Shown here: positions 50,051-62,945 of the stretch, piece by piece
Numbering within the stretch: position 1 is the stretch's first letter
How the letters are laid out: each line of letters starts with the position of its first letter
Source: Sphaerodactylus townsendi
Taxonomy: Eukaryota
Length of the DNA: 64,000 nt
NCBI RefSeq assembly: GCF_021028975.2
Contig: NC_059425.1
Location: 171,554,001 to 171,618,000, forward strand
Direction of reading: 5' to 3'
Made by a program: the position numbers and the translations under genes
Notes under the pieces: generated by a model
Told to the model about the DNA's origin: nothing
Databases searched by the model: none
The model's input: only the letters and a program-made list of their open reading frames with translations

Positions 50051-52048
50051 ATAGTTCTGTACACATTTCAATGGCTAAGGCAGCAGCATTGATCAGAAGA
50101 TGGTGAAGGTCATAGAATCCCTTTTCAGATGAGCCCTCTGGCAAAATTAGTTGCTGCCCAGGGTTTTGCATTGGTATCCCAAACAGGACATTACTGTGAC
50201 CAAGTGAAACGTTTGTTTAAAATGCTACAAGCAAATTGACAAGCAGACATTAATTTTCAGTTTCTACCTATGTATCAAGTTAACTTTGTATTCCACGTAG
50301 TTCTTTGTCTTTTGTGATAGCTGGCCGACCTGCCAATCATGCCAATGATACTCATTTTGATCATAGGTGAAAATGGAAGTCCACTTGACCTGGTTTACAG
50401 AAATGTTTGCGCCAATTTAAGTATATTGTAAAGAATTTGAAGGCTGCTGCTTTGCTAACACACACTGTTGCTGATTATTCCAGATGGATAGCTGTGTTAG
50501 TAGCAGCAAAATAAAACACGAGTCCAGTGGTAGCTTTGAGATTTTCCTAACAAAATGTATTCCAGCATAACCATTAAGTGTTAACTCAGATGCATCGGAG
50601 TGTGGACAAAAGAGTGGATGCACTTCTGTTTCGCACTTGGGTGTATTCTTGTCCACAGTTCAGTGCTTTACCCTTTAAAATGCTACTGAACAGGATTGTT
50701 CTCTTGTATTTGTATGAATGTGATCATTTTTACATGTGAGTTCCCATTACATCCGGCATATATCTTTACAGGCATTTCTGTATTTGAGTAGCACAGTGGC
50801 ATATCGACAGAAAATGGAGCCCGGGGCAAGAACTGAGTTTTCCGCGCGCCCCTCCCCCTCCATTGGTGGCTGCCTTACTTCACCTTCTCACAGAAGTGGC
50901 CCGGCCGCCATGTAGCTGACAGGTTCCTGCTGCTGCAGCTGCGAGACTGGGGTGTTGGGGCGATGCGCCCTGCGTTGGGTGGCCTGGGCTGGTCTGCACT
51001 GGTGGTGCTGTTCGGCGCCTCGTCTGCTCTCCTCCTCCCCCCCTCCACTGCAAGCCACCAGCCAGCCCCATGCAGGGCAAAGAGGCCAGGGCACCTGGGA
51101 AGCTGCCATCACACAGGTCCAGCCCTCGCCCGCTTCCCAGCCACACTTCCTCCCGCCCCGCCAGCAGAGGGCGACTTCTGTCTGGTGTGTTTTTTGTTTT
51201 GTTTCAATACCATCAAGTCACAGCTGACTTATGGCGATTCTGTAGGGTTTTCAAGGCCACACACATTCGAAGGTGTTTTGCCACTGCCTGCCTGCACATC
51301 ACTCTGGTATTCTTTGGAGGACTCCCATCCAAGTGCTTGTGAGAGTCGATGCTGAGAGTGGTGACTGCCCCAAGGTCACCCAGCACGCTTCCATGGCGCT
51401 GGTAGGGATTCAAACCTGGGTTTACCAGATCCTAGGCTGACTAACCACAACACTGCACTGACTCTTTACTGGAGTACGTGCCCTTTAAAAAGTGTGTTGT
51501 GGGGGGATCGGAGGGAGGGCCACACTAGAACGTATGTGAGCCAGTATAGCTACGGCCCTTGAAGAGCACCTTCCATCATCAGGATACTCCCTTGGATATT
51601 CTGTTCTTTTGAAACTTTAACATTTCTTGGCTCCATTCCTTGAATTACTCATTCCCGTTTTCCTGTTCACCCCATAGACCTTTCTTGACTAGATGAAAGT
51701 CTGGCAGAGGCTGGGTCGGGCAGGGGATCAAGGATATTGGAGCAACACCTTTTTAAAAGCACAGAAGCTCCATGGTATTTTGAGACTTGGGTAAAAACAA
51801 TAAGAATGAAAAGGAGTTGAATAGGCACCACTGTCCAGGAGGGCAGCTTGTTAACATTTCCTGTTTGTTTCTTTTTTGAAAATGTGTACACATGTATTGG
51901 AAAAGAATATATAAGTTGTAGACTTATTTAACAAATGGGTAGTGCGTGAAATGGTAGGGCAACTTGTGAACTATACATGCATGCATGCATGCATACAACC
52001 TTTCTTAGACATAAAAAATAAATATAAAATAATGGATAAACTTGTGAA

Positions 52049-52379
52049 CTATACTCTGTTTTCCAGAAAGATATAGTAGGGTTGTATATTCCTCCGCCAC
52101 AGGACTTAACAAGCCAGAGCTTCTTTGTTGTAGAATACTCCTACCTAGCCCTGCTCTCCTCATCCGTTTGAAAGTAAAAATGCATTTTGGCATAAATGCT
52201 CTTGTGTCAAAATACAGTGTTCCACGACGCACAATGCAGTGGTTTTAACAGAGCGCTTAAAAATGAGTGATCATTCTCATATTCATTTGGGACTATATTC
52301 TAATGCAGAAGAATACAATTTTCTCAACCGCTGCACCTCAACTGTCTGAACCGTCATCTTTCTGCAGAACGGAGTATAG
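52049..52379. mobile_element. ~330-bp TIR element, copy 2
   Basis: ctatactctgttttccagaaagat ... atctttctgcagaacggagtatag; homologous to 15161-15496. Confidence 0.65.
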
Positions 52380-52883
52380 AAATATAGAGCCTGCTTGCTC
52401 TTAGGAAGAAGAAAACCTTTGTGTTTTTCTTCCTTGTTTCTCAGTCATTCGAAATGTCTCGAAAAATCATTCCCTCAGTTGCGTGAGGATTGGAAAAGCA
52501 AGTTGCGCAGTGAAAAGGCCCCGGGGCTTCTCAGGTTCGGTTCTTGCATCAAAAATGTCAGTAGATGCTGCTGCTGCTTACATACGCTGATGAAATCTAA
52601 ATCATTCTTCTCCTGGGCTTATCCCATCACTGGAGCCAGTTAGAATAAAAACGTGTGTGCCTTTATAGACTCTTATATTGTGCTCAAAGACCCAAACCCC
52701 TGTTAGGCTCATAAGCTGCCTTCCCATCTCTCTTTTAGGAATATAAAAATTACCTTGCCAGATAATAAAAATGATCTTGCCATATCTACTGAAGCCTGCA
52801 TTCTGTTGTCAGTGGTGATGTGCAAGCAGCTTGCAAGCAAGACTTCTCCTGTTTGTTTTTAGCCTTTGGTACTTTATAACCTA

Positions 52884-53165
52884 GGAGCCGCGTGGCGTAG
52901 TGGTTAAGTGCTTGCACTGACTCTTGCACAGTTAGGAGTTTGAGCCCCCTGTGGGTCAGATATCCTGGCAGCTGGCTCACAGTCAACAGCCATCCATCCA
53001 TTCTTGGGCTGGTAAATGAGTACCTAGCTCGCTCATGGCTAGGGGGTAAAAAATAGCCGGGGAAAGCAGTGGCAAACTACTGCACAAAAGCGGCTTGCCT
53101 ATAAAATCACTGCTCGCAGTGGTATCCCAGGGTCGGATACGACTGAAGGGGAAACTGTACCTTTT
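52884..53165 (+). mobile_element. Sauria-type SINE
   Basis: Homolog of 36765-37042; tggcgtagtgg A box. Confidence 0.75.
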
Positions 53166-55273
53166 ACTTCATAATCAAACCTAAGTGTCCTTCAGCATAA
53201 GCACGCTGTGTCCTCTTATAGCAAGCATGCACATCATGGTTACCTGGCAATTGTGGAACTCTTTACCCGTGTCACAGTCTGAGCCTGAATACTTTTGAGA
53301 AGGTATTTTGGACATTCTTGGTCAGGGCTGACGCTGAAGAATGTCAATTAAGTGCGCAAAGGGGTAACATTTTATTTTCTCTATTTTTAAAAATTTGGTA
53401 CTAAGTATTTTAATTTTTTTTTAAAGGTTGCCTACGCTGAGTAGGGGGGGAACTTTTTCTCAACTGTGAATTGTTTCTTTCCATCTTATATTCATTGCTG
53501 TTCGAACGTTGGCATGCTGCTTTTCTGTAGAGCGATTGAAGATGAATGTAGTATTGAAAGATGCTTGTTACTGTCTGGTTGGGATCTTACGTAGTCAGAC
53601 TGTATCAACAGTGGCTTTTCCATCTCTCTCCCCGCTGCCCCCGAGTCTCCTGTTCCCCTACAGTTTGTTCAGAACATAGGGAAGAAGTCAGAGCTTGTAC
53701 TAAGAAGGTGGAATTGGTGAAGATCACTCTCCCTCATTTCTATGAATAGAAATGCTAACCTCAAGGGAAAAGAGCACTTAGAATCTAAGTGCTATCATTT
53801 CTCTGTGTGAAATTCCATATTAATATCTGCCTCCCAAATTGTTATCAGATTCTGATCTGGAGAACTGGGTTTGTTTTTCCCACTCGTCCCCATTGAAGTC
53901 TGCTGGGAGACCTTGGGCCCAGGTGGCTTTATCTCTATCTGTCGCTGACCTTGGGGTCCCTTCACCCCACCGTAACTCTTTCTCACATTCTTTGGGAAAA
54001 CGGGGGGGGGGGGGGGGGATTGTTTCTGAATAAAGGGGATAGCAAAAGCCAGGTTTGGCAGAACTGGCTTTTCCAAGCTGAGTGCTTCATGCCTTCCGAT
54101 AAACACTACTGATCAACAAGACGGAGTCCGTTTATTGATTCAAGGTCTGAGACCTAACAGGTAGCTTATTTGGTGCTAATTCTGCTTTCCTGTAAGAGTG
54201 TAGGTACAATTGCTTGTTTATTTTGAATCCCCTAACAGGGAATCTAATGGGCCTTGTAAGTTTTTAAATGGGAGTACATGAAAGGCTGGAAATCCTGTAA
54301 GGTAGGGAAATATTTGAATGTTCAGATTACTGTTGCTGTTCTTGGTAGAAATGGGTTCTACATGTTGAGCTGATTAGAATCAAAGTTAAACTATCTGGCA
54401 CGATGAGATGATTTAGGATGCATTGGAAAATGTTGCCTCCTGTTTTAAACTGGTGAGTTTTCCTTAGGCATGTAATGTGCTTAGGTGGATTTGTATTTCA
54501 AAATCGGAGCTGGTTCCTAAGTAGCAAAATACTGCTTGTGTTTAAACGCCAGAAACCATAAGCACAGCTTTAACTGTAAAACTATGTGGATCCATGGCCT
54601 TGGGAACATTAGCCTCCTGGCTACTAGTGAATTGTGCTGTGCATAACTACATTGCTTAATCGAGTTCACATTTGTGTTTTTATCTTGGATTTATCCCTGT
54701 GCTCGTTCCTTGCACTGCCATTGGAAGTGGGTCAGATAATTCCAAGTATAGCACAAAGGATCATCTTTGCCTATATCTGGAGTGTACTGCCCTGTAACTC
54801 CATGGATTATATTGACAATGCTGCAGTTGATTTATGCTGTCATTGAAAGATTCAGAAAAATTATTGCAGTATTTGGAAAACCGGTGTATTTTTATAGGTA
54901 ATGTTAAAATGTGACAGCAGTTCATGTGTTTGCTGCTATGGACAAATACTGTTTTGGAGAGAAACTAATTTTAGATCTTTTGTAGAAGTGCCTCATCTGC
55001 TGGATATGGTCCAAGTGATGAAAGGGGAAGCCATCGCAGGGCATAAATAAGGGTCTCAGTCTTGATTTTTCTGGCCAGCATGAGACAAATCAAACTGTCT
55101 TTAAAAAAAACATGCACAGATGAACTTGCTGCATTTGTTTCCCCATACGTTTTTACAGACACTCCTGAAAATGAATATCATAACTTATTTTTTTTTCTAT
55201 GAGTACAGTTGCAATAGCTCAACTTGAGAATTTTACAGTGTTGCTCTCTTTTTTTTGGTTGAAGTAGTACAAA

Positions 55274-55390
55274 ATGTCAAAAATTAGAAGGAAGGTCACA
55301 GTGGAAAATACCAAGACCATATCCGATAGCACCTCCCGAAGACCCAGCGTGTTTGAAAGACTTGGACCCAGCACTGGAAGTACTGCAGAG
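55274..55390 (+). CDS. ZC3H13: ZC3H13 first coding exon (m6A writer-complex subunit)
   Basis: MSKIRRKVTVENTKTISDSTSRRPSVFERLGPSTGSTAE matches the vertebrate ZC3H13 N-terminus; GTGAGT donor. Confidence 0.96.
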
Positions 55391-56166
55391 GTGAGTGAAG
55401 TAAAACGTTATTCTGAGTATAGAACTTCCTCGTTAGGATGGGCTCCCTTTTACAACCTTGAAGAGATCATGGAGATTCGCTGGTTTCAAAGGACTTCAGT
55501 GCGTTGATGGAAGGTTCCATCATCTTCCTCATATTATGGTCTGTTGTAGTACAGACGGGCCCTTTTCTGTCTCTCCCCTGCCCAACTTTGGGGGGCATTC
55601 GAGCCTGCCACATATAGACATCTGTTCAGATGAAATTGACTTCGTAATCTTATCCAACTTCCTCTTGGTAAGAGTCTGTGTGGATAGTCTTATGTATTCA
55701 ATATATGATACTGATAATTGGAGTTGAAAAGGAATTCCTACCCCTGGTCAGATTGACTAGCCATTGTAAAGGTGTTGCTGTTTTATTGATTATGGTCTTA
55801 CTTTGTGTAATGGCTTAGTGCTGAAGATACCTAGATATTCTTTTTATGCAGCTTCCCTTAATGTAATGTATCTTGTTCAGTCCTTTCTTCCTGAGGTTCA
55901 TACTGCGCTAAATTTGAGGTCCCCACTTTGATTCTCATGGGCACCATTGTGCTTGCTAACACCTTTCCTGACACTTGCCAAGTGGGTTTAGAAAGTGGGT
56001 GGGGCCAGGTGAGGATTTAGCCTAGCAAGGATTCTGGTTGGCCATTGGAGCTTTGATAGCCTAGCAAGGATTCTGGTTGACCATTGGAGATTTGATTGAA
56101 GTAACAGATTTTTTTTAAAAAAATGTTGCTTTGGCACAACTGCCCCCATAGCACAAAGGTCTACAG

Positions 56167-56683
56167 CAGTGGTGGCGAACCTATGGCACACATGCCAAAG
56201 CTGGCACTCAAGACCCTCTCTGTGGGCACGTGCAAACAGAGTCCCCCCCCATGCCCCCCCACATCTAGGCTGGCCTGGGCCACTGATCTCGATTATTAGC
56301 ATTAAACTTAAGACCAAATCTTGGGGAAGCTGTGTAGGTAACCCTGTTCAGTGCTGTTAAACCCCACTGATTTTCATTCAAAGAACAAAAGCGCGATCCT
56401 TTACCTGGGAGTAAACTCGGTTGCTGTCAATGGGGCTTGCTTCTGAGTAAACCCTCCTAGGGTCGTGATTCACCTGTTGGAAGAGATGCACAGTTGCTTC
56501 AAAGCAAAGCCACCGACTACCACCAAACTTACTCCTAAGTAACTCACGCCTCGGAGCCAACTGTGTTTTCTAAACTAAAACCTCAGCATTCAGGTTAAAT
56601 TGCCGTGTTGGCACTTTGCAATAAATAAGTGGGTTTTGGGTTGCAGTTTGGGCACTCGGTCTCAAAAAGGTTCGCCATCACTG
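56167..56683 (+). mobile_element. hAT transposon copy (11732 family)
   Basis: Perfect TSD gtctacag; directly followed by hairpin MITE 56692-56799. Confidence 0.85.
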
Positions 56684-57110
56684 GTCTACAGCATAGGTGT
56701 CAAACTCGTGGCCCTTCAGATGTGCCAGCATCATGATGGCAGGGGATGATAGGAAGTGTAGTCCATAACATCTGGTGCATCGTGAGTTTGACACTTGTGG
56801 TCGACAGTGTGCGACTCCAAGTAAATGATGGCAGCCATCTTGTGGTTGCGACCACCACACTGTGTCAGAATTCCAAAGTTGCCTACAGGCTCAGAAAGGT
56901 AGTGCACCACTTATGTAAGTTAACGGAAGGGGGTTGTCAAGGGAGAATGGGGTATTTTTCCTTAAAGCATAAAAAATTCTCTTTCAACTCTAGTTATCTG
57001 ATTTGTTGAGTGCTATGAATATTTGGAGCTGATTCTCACTTTTCACATAAAACGAATCTGTACTGTGTTGAATGTGAAGTGTGTGGGTGAATTTTTAAAT
57101 GCCTGTCGAA

Positions 57111-57240
57111 GGCCCCTTCTGCACATGCAGAATAATCCACTTTCAGTCCACTTTCACAATTGTTTGCAAGTGGATTTTGCTATTCTGCACTTCTGCAAAG
57201 TGGATTGAAAGTGCATTATTCTACATGTGCGGAAGGGGCC
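57111..57240. mobile_element. PIF/Harbinger-like MITE
   Basis: Homolog of 46725-46875. Confidence 0.7.
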
Positions 57241-57595
57241 TAAGATACACAAAAGAAGGTATGCATACCAAATGCATACGTGCTCTGTGTCTGAAGTAGC
57301 CCACATGTAAGAAGGATAAAGTAATTTGGTTCTTTGGTGGTGATTCTAATGAAAGTAAAGACTAATTATCTGTTAATGAAAATAAACTTTGAAATTTCTC
57401 GTGTTATCCATACTCCTGGAAAGGAGTAGTGGGTAATATCATGGTTAGATTTAATGTTCTTCGGTTTTTGTCATATCATTGTTGGGCTGGATTTTATATA
57501 TGTAGATTAAAAAAAAACCCTCTGTGATTTTTTTAAAATACAAACTGCATTTTCAAAATCAGTTTGAAATTCACCCAGTAACGTCTGTCTCTTAG

Positions 57596-57705
57596 ACACA
57601 GTGTCGTAACTGGCTGAAGACTGGGAACTGCCTTTATGGGAACACGTGTAGATTCGTACATGGCCCTTCACCACGAGGTAAAGGCTTTAGCAGCAGTTAC
57701 AGAAG
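57596..57705 (+). CDS. ZC3H13: ZC3H13 second coding exon (C3H1 zinc finger)
   Basis: TQCRNWLKTGNCLYGNTCRFVHGPSPRGKGFSSSYR: C-x8-C-x5-C-x3-H; AG/GT ends; no further exon recognised in the window. Confidence 0.96.
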
Positions 57706-58500
57706 GTAAATGAAGGACCCAGCTTTATATTCACATGCTTGCAAAAGCTGTTTTTCTTGTGTGGTTTTATACTTGTTTAAAAAGATATCAAATGCAGTGC
57801 TGTGGTTCATTAATTTGGAAGTGTGGGTCTGCCTTAGCCGAAGTGTAAATTTAATAATAAAGTCTTGTGGTTGCCTATTTCTGCTTGAACAATTTTACCT
57901 GATGCCAAATGAGAAATTAAAATTTAATAAATGTAATAAAGTCATTATTGCCGAATATGTTCTGCAGCTTCGGTTTTGCTCGGACACTGTTTTGCACCTG
58001 CTTAAGACAGTACTAACAAATGTAATGTGCTGGGCTTTCCTTTTTCTTTTGGTTAATTTGTGAAGTCATTTTTTTCTTCCTTTCGGGAATCCTTAAGAGT
58101 ATTTTGAAATCCCCACCTTGTGTCTAAGGCATGGAACCTTTGTGTTGCTTTTGTTATTGGCACAGGGGCAGAGTGACTATTGCTAGTTATCGATATAGTT
58201 ACATAAAGTCCAAACTCCTTTTAAGAATAGTCTGATTTGCCGCCTGTACTTTTGCAGAATTTATACAATGATTTCCCTCCAAGAGCATTAAGGAGGTACA
58301 GAATATTCAGTTCTACCAGTGTATTACTTAATAAACTGAATATCTGGGAAGCTTTGTATAGTTTATAATTGCCTGCTGATAATTCACATGACTAGAGGTG
58401 ATTATGTAATAGGTGTCAGAATGCTTTAGTAAAAACAAAAAAATCGCTCTGTTTTATTTTGTATTAAATAGTGTTGCAAAAACAAGGTGCTTTCAGTTAA

Positions 58501-61500
58501 GTTCTCTCTCTGAGGGGGAGGGCATCTTCACCGATGGGTTATTCCCGCTCATTCCTTTGGAAAACAGGACTAATTCTAAACTTCCTGTGGTTGGCCCTCT
58601 ATTACCCCAGAAACCTTTAGTTCCTGCCTCGTATGGGAGAGCAGCTGAGAGAGGGAGACTCTTGTCTTCTCTTCCGAATCTTTAACCTTTATATCCTTCC
58701 TTCCTTTCTGCTTTTGCCTCCTCCGCTCCCCTCAGGAGTGATGACTGATTCAGCGAGCGCCATTAATCTGTGCACTGAAAAGGAAGTCGAACTTCGAAGC
58801 GGGGACGAGGACTCTGCCCTTCTGCCACCACAACAGCCAGTGGCAACCTCCAGCCCTCCCAACACTCTCACAAGTGGAGCGGGTGTGGCAACCGTCAAGG
58901 GACACAAGCTCAAGCCGCACAAATGCAAGCTGCTCTATGTATCCTCTAAAAAAGGGCAAAAAAGGCAGCTAAGCAAAAGAGTGCCTGGGAGATGGGCCAG
59001 TTCAACCCGGCAAGGTAATGATGGCCAGAACTGCCCCCCAGTCACCATTCCCACCGCTTCTGATCCTCAGGGTCAGGTCTGTGGTTCCCACACACAAAAC
59101 TCCAGACACAATGTAAGACCTACCTGGTTTACTTTCAACCATGTGGAAGGGCAGCCATCTTACTCTGCAGATGGGCGGCCACTTTGTCCCTTGGATTTTT
59201 CAGCCATGATCCAGTGTTCCGTAAGGGAGGAGATGCAACATGCTATGTGAGATGAATTCCAGCAGTCCTTCTCTCCTGTAGATTGATGCCCTTATCGTTC
59301 CTTATTGCTCTTTCTTTCGCTTCTACCACACGCTACCTAGGCCACAGTCCAAGCGGCATAGGTCCTGGGGACATTCCAGAGCTTCCTTTTGTTGGGGCTC
59401 ATGCTTCAGCAGACCTAATCAGTTCCAGACATCTTGCTTGGGGAAAGCTTGAGCTCACTCCCAAACCTAAACAGTGGTGCCATGAAGGGAGCAATTGGGG
59501 GTCATCTTCTTTGGTTTTCTCCCAATAGTTAGCCTCACAGCCAGACAACTGGGTGCTACTAATTCTAAAATATGGCTACTAAATAAAATTTTGCGACCCC
59601 CCAGGAAACAGGAGAAGCACTCCAGCACCTCCTGTTCAACAATGCCATTGAGTCTGTTCCCTTCTCAGAGGAACAGATGGGGGTATATTCCGTATTTTTC
59701 ATGGTCCTCTAAAGGAATGGAGACTAGAGGTCCATTCTGGACCTCAATTTTGTAAACAAGTTCATAGTCCAAAAGACACTCACAGTGGAGACTGTAAGAT
59801 CCATTATGAAGGCCTTAACTATGGGCCCCTTCATGACTTCCATAGACCTCCAGGATGCCCATCTCCATTTCTCCATTCTCACTTCTCAGTGGAGGTATCT
59901 CAGGTTCTTCTATCACAACCAGCACTTTCAGTCCCATGCCCTCCCCTTTGGGCATGCCTTGGCCCCCACGGTCTTTTTCAGAATCCTGGTATCTCCCATA
60001 TGCTCTTCTTCCCCAGAGGATTCCAGATGGGACATCCAGTATGTTATTTTAACTCCTGTTGATCCATGGATACATGATCAATTGGGACAAGAGCAACCTC
60101 CTTCCCAAACAGCACCTCCTGCATCTGCATGTCATCGTAGATACTCAAGCAGAGACTCTCTTCCTACTGGAAGAAAAAGCACACAAGATCTCCCAGCTGA
60201 TCTCCAGCCATTCCAGCTTGACATTACCAACAAATGAGACAAGCTCCTATCCCTAACACCGAGAGTCCGACACAGCCTGGGCTGCTGGGCCAACTCCCTG
60301 CTCCTCCAAAGAACCTTCCCTAGTAAGAAGGATGCCAACATGTCGAGGTGGGGGGCTTCTCTACTAGACAAACCCATGCCGGGTTCCTGGTCCCCCCAGG
60401 ACCAGAAACTTAACATCAGTATCCTGGAACTGCGGGCTATCTGGCATGGCCTCCTTCACATCCACCAATAGACTCTCTACCGTCACATCCTTCTCTGCAT
60501 GGACGTCTCAGCCAAGGCACACTTGAACTAACAGGGTGACTCAAGGTTACTTTCACTACATCGAGAAGCCCTTCACATCCTTATCTGGATGAAGTCCCAC
60601 CTGTTTGCCATCTCGACCAAGCGCATTAAGGGAGCCTCGAACGTGATAGTGGATTGACTCGGTCGACGGACTCTGGTTGGAAACGAGTAATCCGTCAGCC
60701 CTCTGATCTTTCAGCAGGTTGTAGAGAGATTTGGCCAGCCTTCTGTGGACCTATTTGCATCAGCTCAGAATTGACAATTTCCCCAGTTCTTTTCCTGCAA
60801 TTTTTCCTGAATGGCTGTGGCGGCCTTGGTTCGCAACCCCGGTATAACTTTCTGCCCAGAAGCTGTGGAAACTGCCACCCCATCTGGATCTCCTTCACCA
60901 GAGACCATTACACCATCTGGATCTGTCCTGGTTCCACTTGACTGCCTGGCTTTTGAAAGGCACAGGCTAAGTGCCTTGAGCTATGAACCAGAATAGTGAA
61001 CAACTTCATAGCCTGCAGGAGACCCTCCACACAGCGTATTTACAACACTTCCTGGAAGGCCTTCATCTGCTGCTAGCACCCTAAGTGGGCGGACCCTTTA
61101 AATCCATGTTTGGGCCAGCTCCTGGGTTTTCTTCGAGATGACTTTAGACAGAACCTTGAGGCTTCTACCCTATGCCGTCAGCAGCCATCTCTTTCATCAT
61201 TTCCTCCATAGCCAGCATGCCTGTTTTCCATCATCCTCATGTCATGGCTTATTTAAAGGGAGTCAGCAATAACTAGCCTTCCCTGGTCCATAGGTTCCCT
61301 ACTTAGCCTCAGGGAGGTTGCGCTCAAGTGGCTGAGGATGAAGGTCCTGTTCCTCACAGCCATCATGTCAGCTCACAGGGTGTCCGATCTGGGAGCTCTT
61401 TCTACCAGGAAGGGTCTTCTTCCACAAGGACAAGGTCCTTCTGAGGCCAGATCCCACCTTCACCCTCGAGGTCAACTTCATCTTCCACCACCAACAGGAT

Positions 61501-62945
61501 CTGCACTTTCCTTCCTTCACTCCCAATCCTTCTCACCGCTGTAAAAAGGAGTGGCACACTGTAGATCTTCAGAGGGCCCTGCAGATTTATCTGAGATGTA
61601 TGCAGGCTATTTGGAGATCTGACTCTCTCTTCATCTCCCTCACTCCTCCAAGGGGAAGATGTCTAATGCCACCATTAGCTATACCATCAAACAGTGCATT
61701 GTTCATGCATACCTTTCAAGCAAGCTTTCACCTCCTGAGAGGAGAACAGCATATTCTACTAGACCACAGCAATGGAATCCAAAGCATCCATAGAATATAT
61801 CTGCAAGGCTGCTACATGGGCATCAGTCTCTTCCTTTGTCCACCACTACAAGATAAATCAGTGGGCCTCATCTCAAGCCACCTTTGGATGATGTGTTTTT
61901 GAACAGATCTTGGAACATTTGCACACTCTCCCAAGACATTATCAGATGCTACTTTTGGACATCCTGTAGTCTTGCCCACGAGGCCCCAAGGAAGAGACGA
62001 GACGTGGAGATTCCATCTGGTGGAGAGCGCCAGCGGCAGGAAGTGCGGGATTCCGTGATCCTGGCAACTCTCCCGTGTGCTAGGCTCTGCCTCCTTTTAT
62101 TAGGGTTTACAAGAGGGGGGGGCAATGTGTGGGGCGGACCGGGAGGCAGGAGAGCGGGAGACCATCATGTGATGCATGATCTCATAGGGCTGCTACGTGC
62201 AGGAGGAAGCATCAGCGTCTGGATCTAATCCACACCTGGAGGCAGGAGCCCCTTTGTCCCTTTGTCTGGGACATCTGGTGACCGTGAGTCAGGCATCTCA
62301 TGACCCGTGACTCATGGGGGAACGGGGGTTGGGGGAGCGAGTGCGCCCAGAAGGCCATAGCCGGCACCGGCATGCCAGGCGCTCCTTCTACGGTTCTGCT
62401 GGGTTCGTGGGCTCACCCCTACACATCCCTTCTGTGAAGATGCCCTCCACCTCAGAGAGAGAACGGAACTTTGGAAACTCACTGTGAAGGTTCCTTCTTT
62501 GAGGTTAGGAGGGCATCTTGGCTTGCCCACAGAAGGATAAATGTTCTAAAGACCAGCCCAGGCCCAAGATGATTCGTTGCCAAGGAGAGGATGAGATGCG
62601 CCCAGTGGTCCATCCATAGCTGCATAAAAAATTGTTTATCCTTTCCAAAATTCCAAGGAAGAAGTACTTCCATCCTTTCAAGTTCATCGACCCCTGTGGT
62701 CGTTCTCTAGGCCACATCTACCTTTACCCTGTCTCTATGATTGCATGGATGTATGACATTCTAACTAGTTATTGTTTTTATGTGTCCGTTCAATGAGCTC
62801 TCTTGCTCAGAAAGTTTTAAACTGAGTTCCTGGGGCCAATAGAGGACCAACCACAGGAAGTTTAGAATCAGTCTTGCCTCCCAGAGGAATGGGAAGGACT
62901 AACCCATCTGTAAAGATTACATCCTAACCTTAGAGAAGAAGGGAC
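58501..62945 (+). mobile_element. Decayed DIRS1-type tyrosine-recombinase retrotransposon
   Basis: RT (SIDLQDAHLH...LRF...ALPFG..LAP.VF, 59740-60240), RNase H (DANMSRWGA...NISILELRAIW, ~60330-60460), YR fragment (KVLFLTAIMSAHRVSDLGAL, 61338); inverted terminal repeats ~58520-58625 and ~62820-62915; ICR 62434-62519; many stops and frameshifts. Confidence 0.85.

Noticed and set aside
55391-55507. ORF extension of ZC3H13 past residue 39
   Set aside because: Read-through past a consensus GTGAGT donor; homology resumes at 57596
58633-59250. 205-aa ORF as a novel gene
   Set aside because: Lies inside the DIRS element at the gag/ORF1 position; treated as a TE remnant
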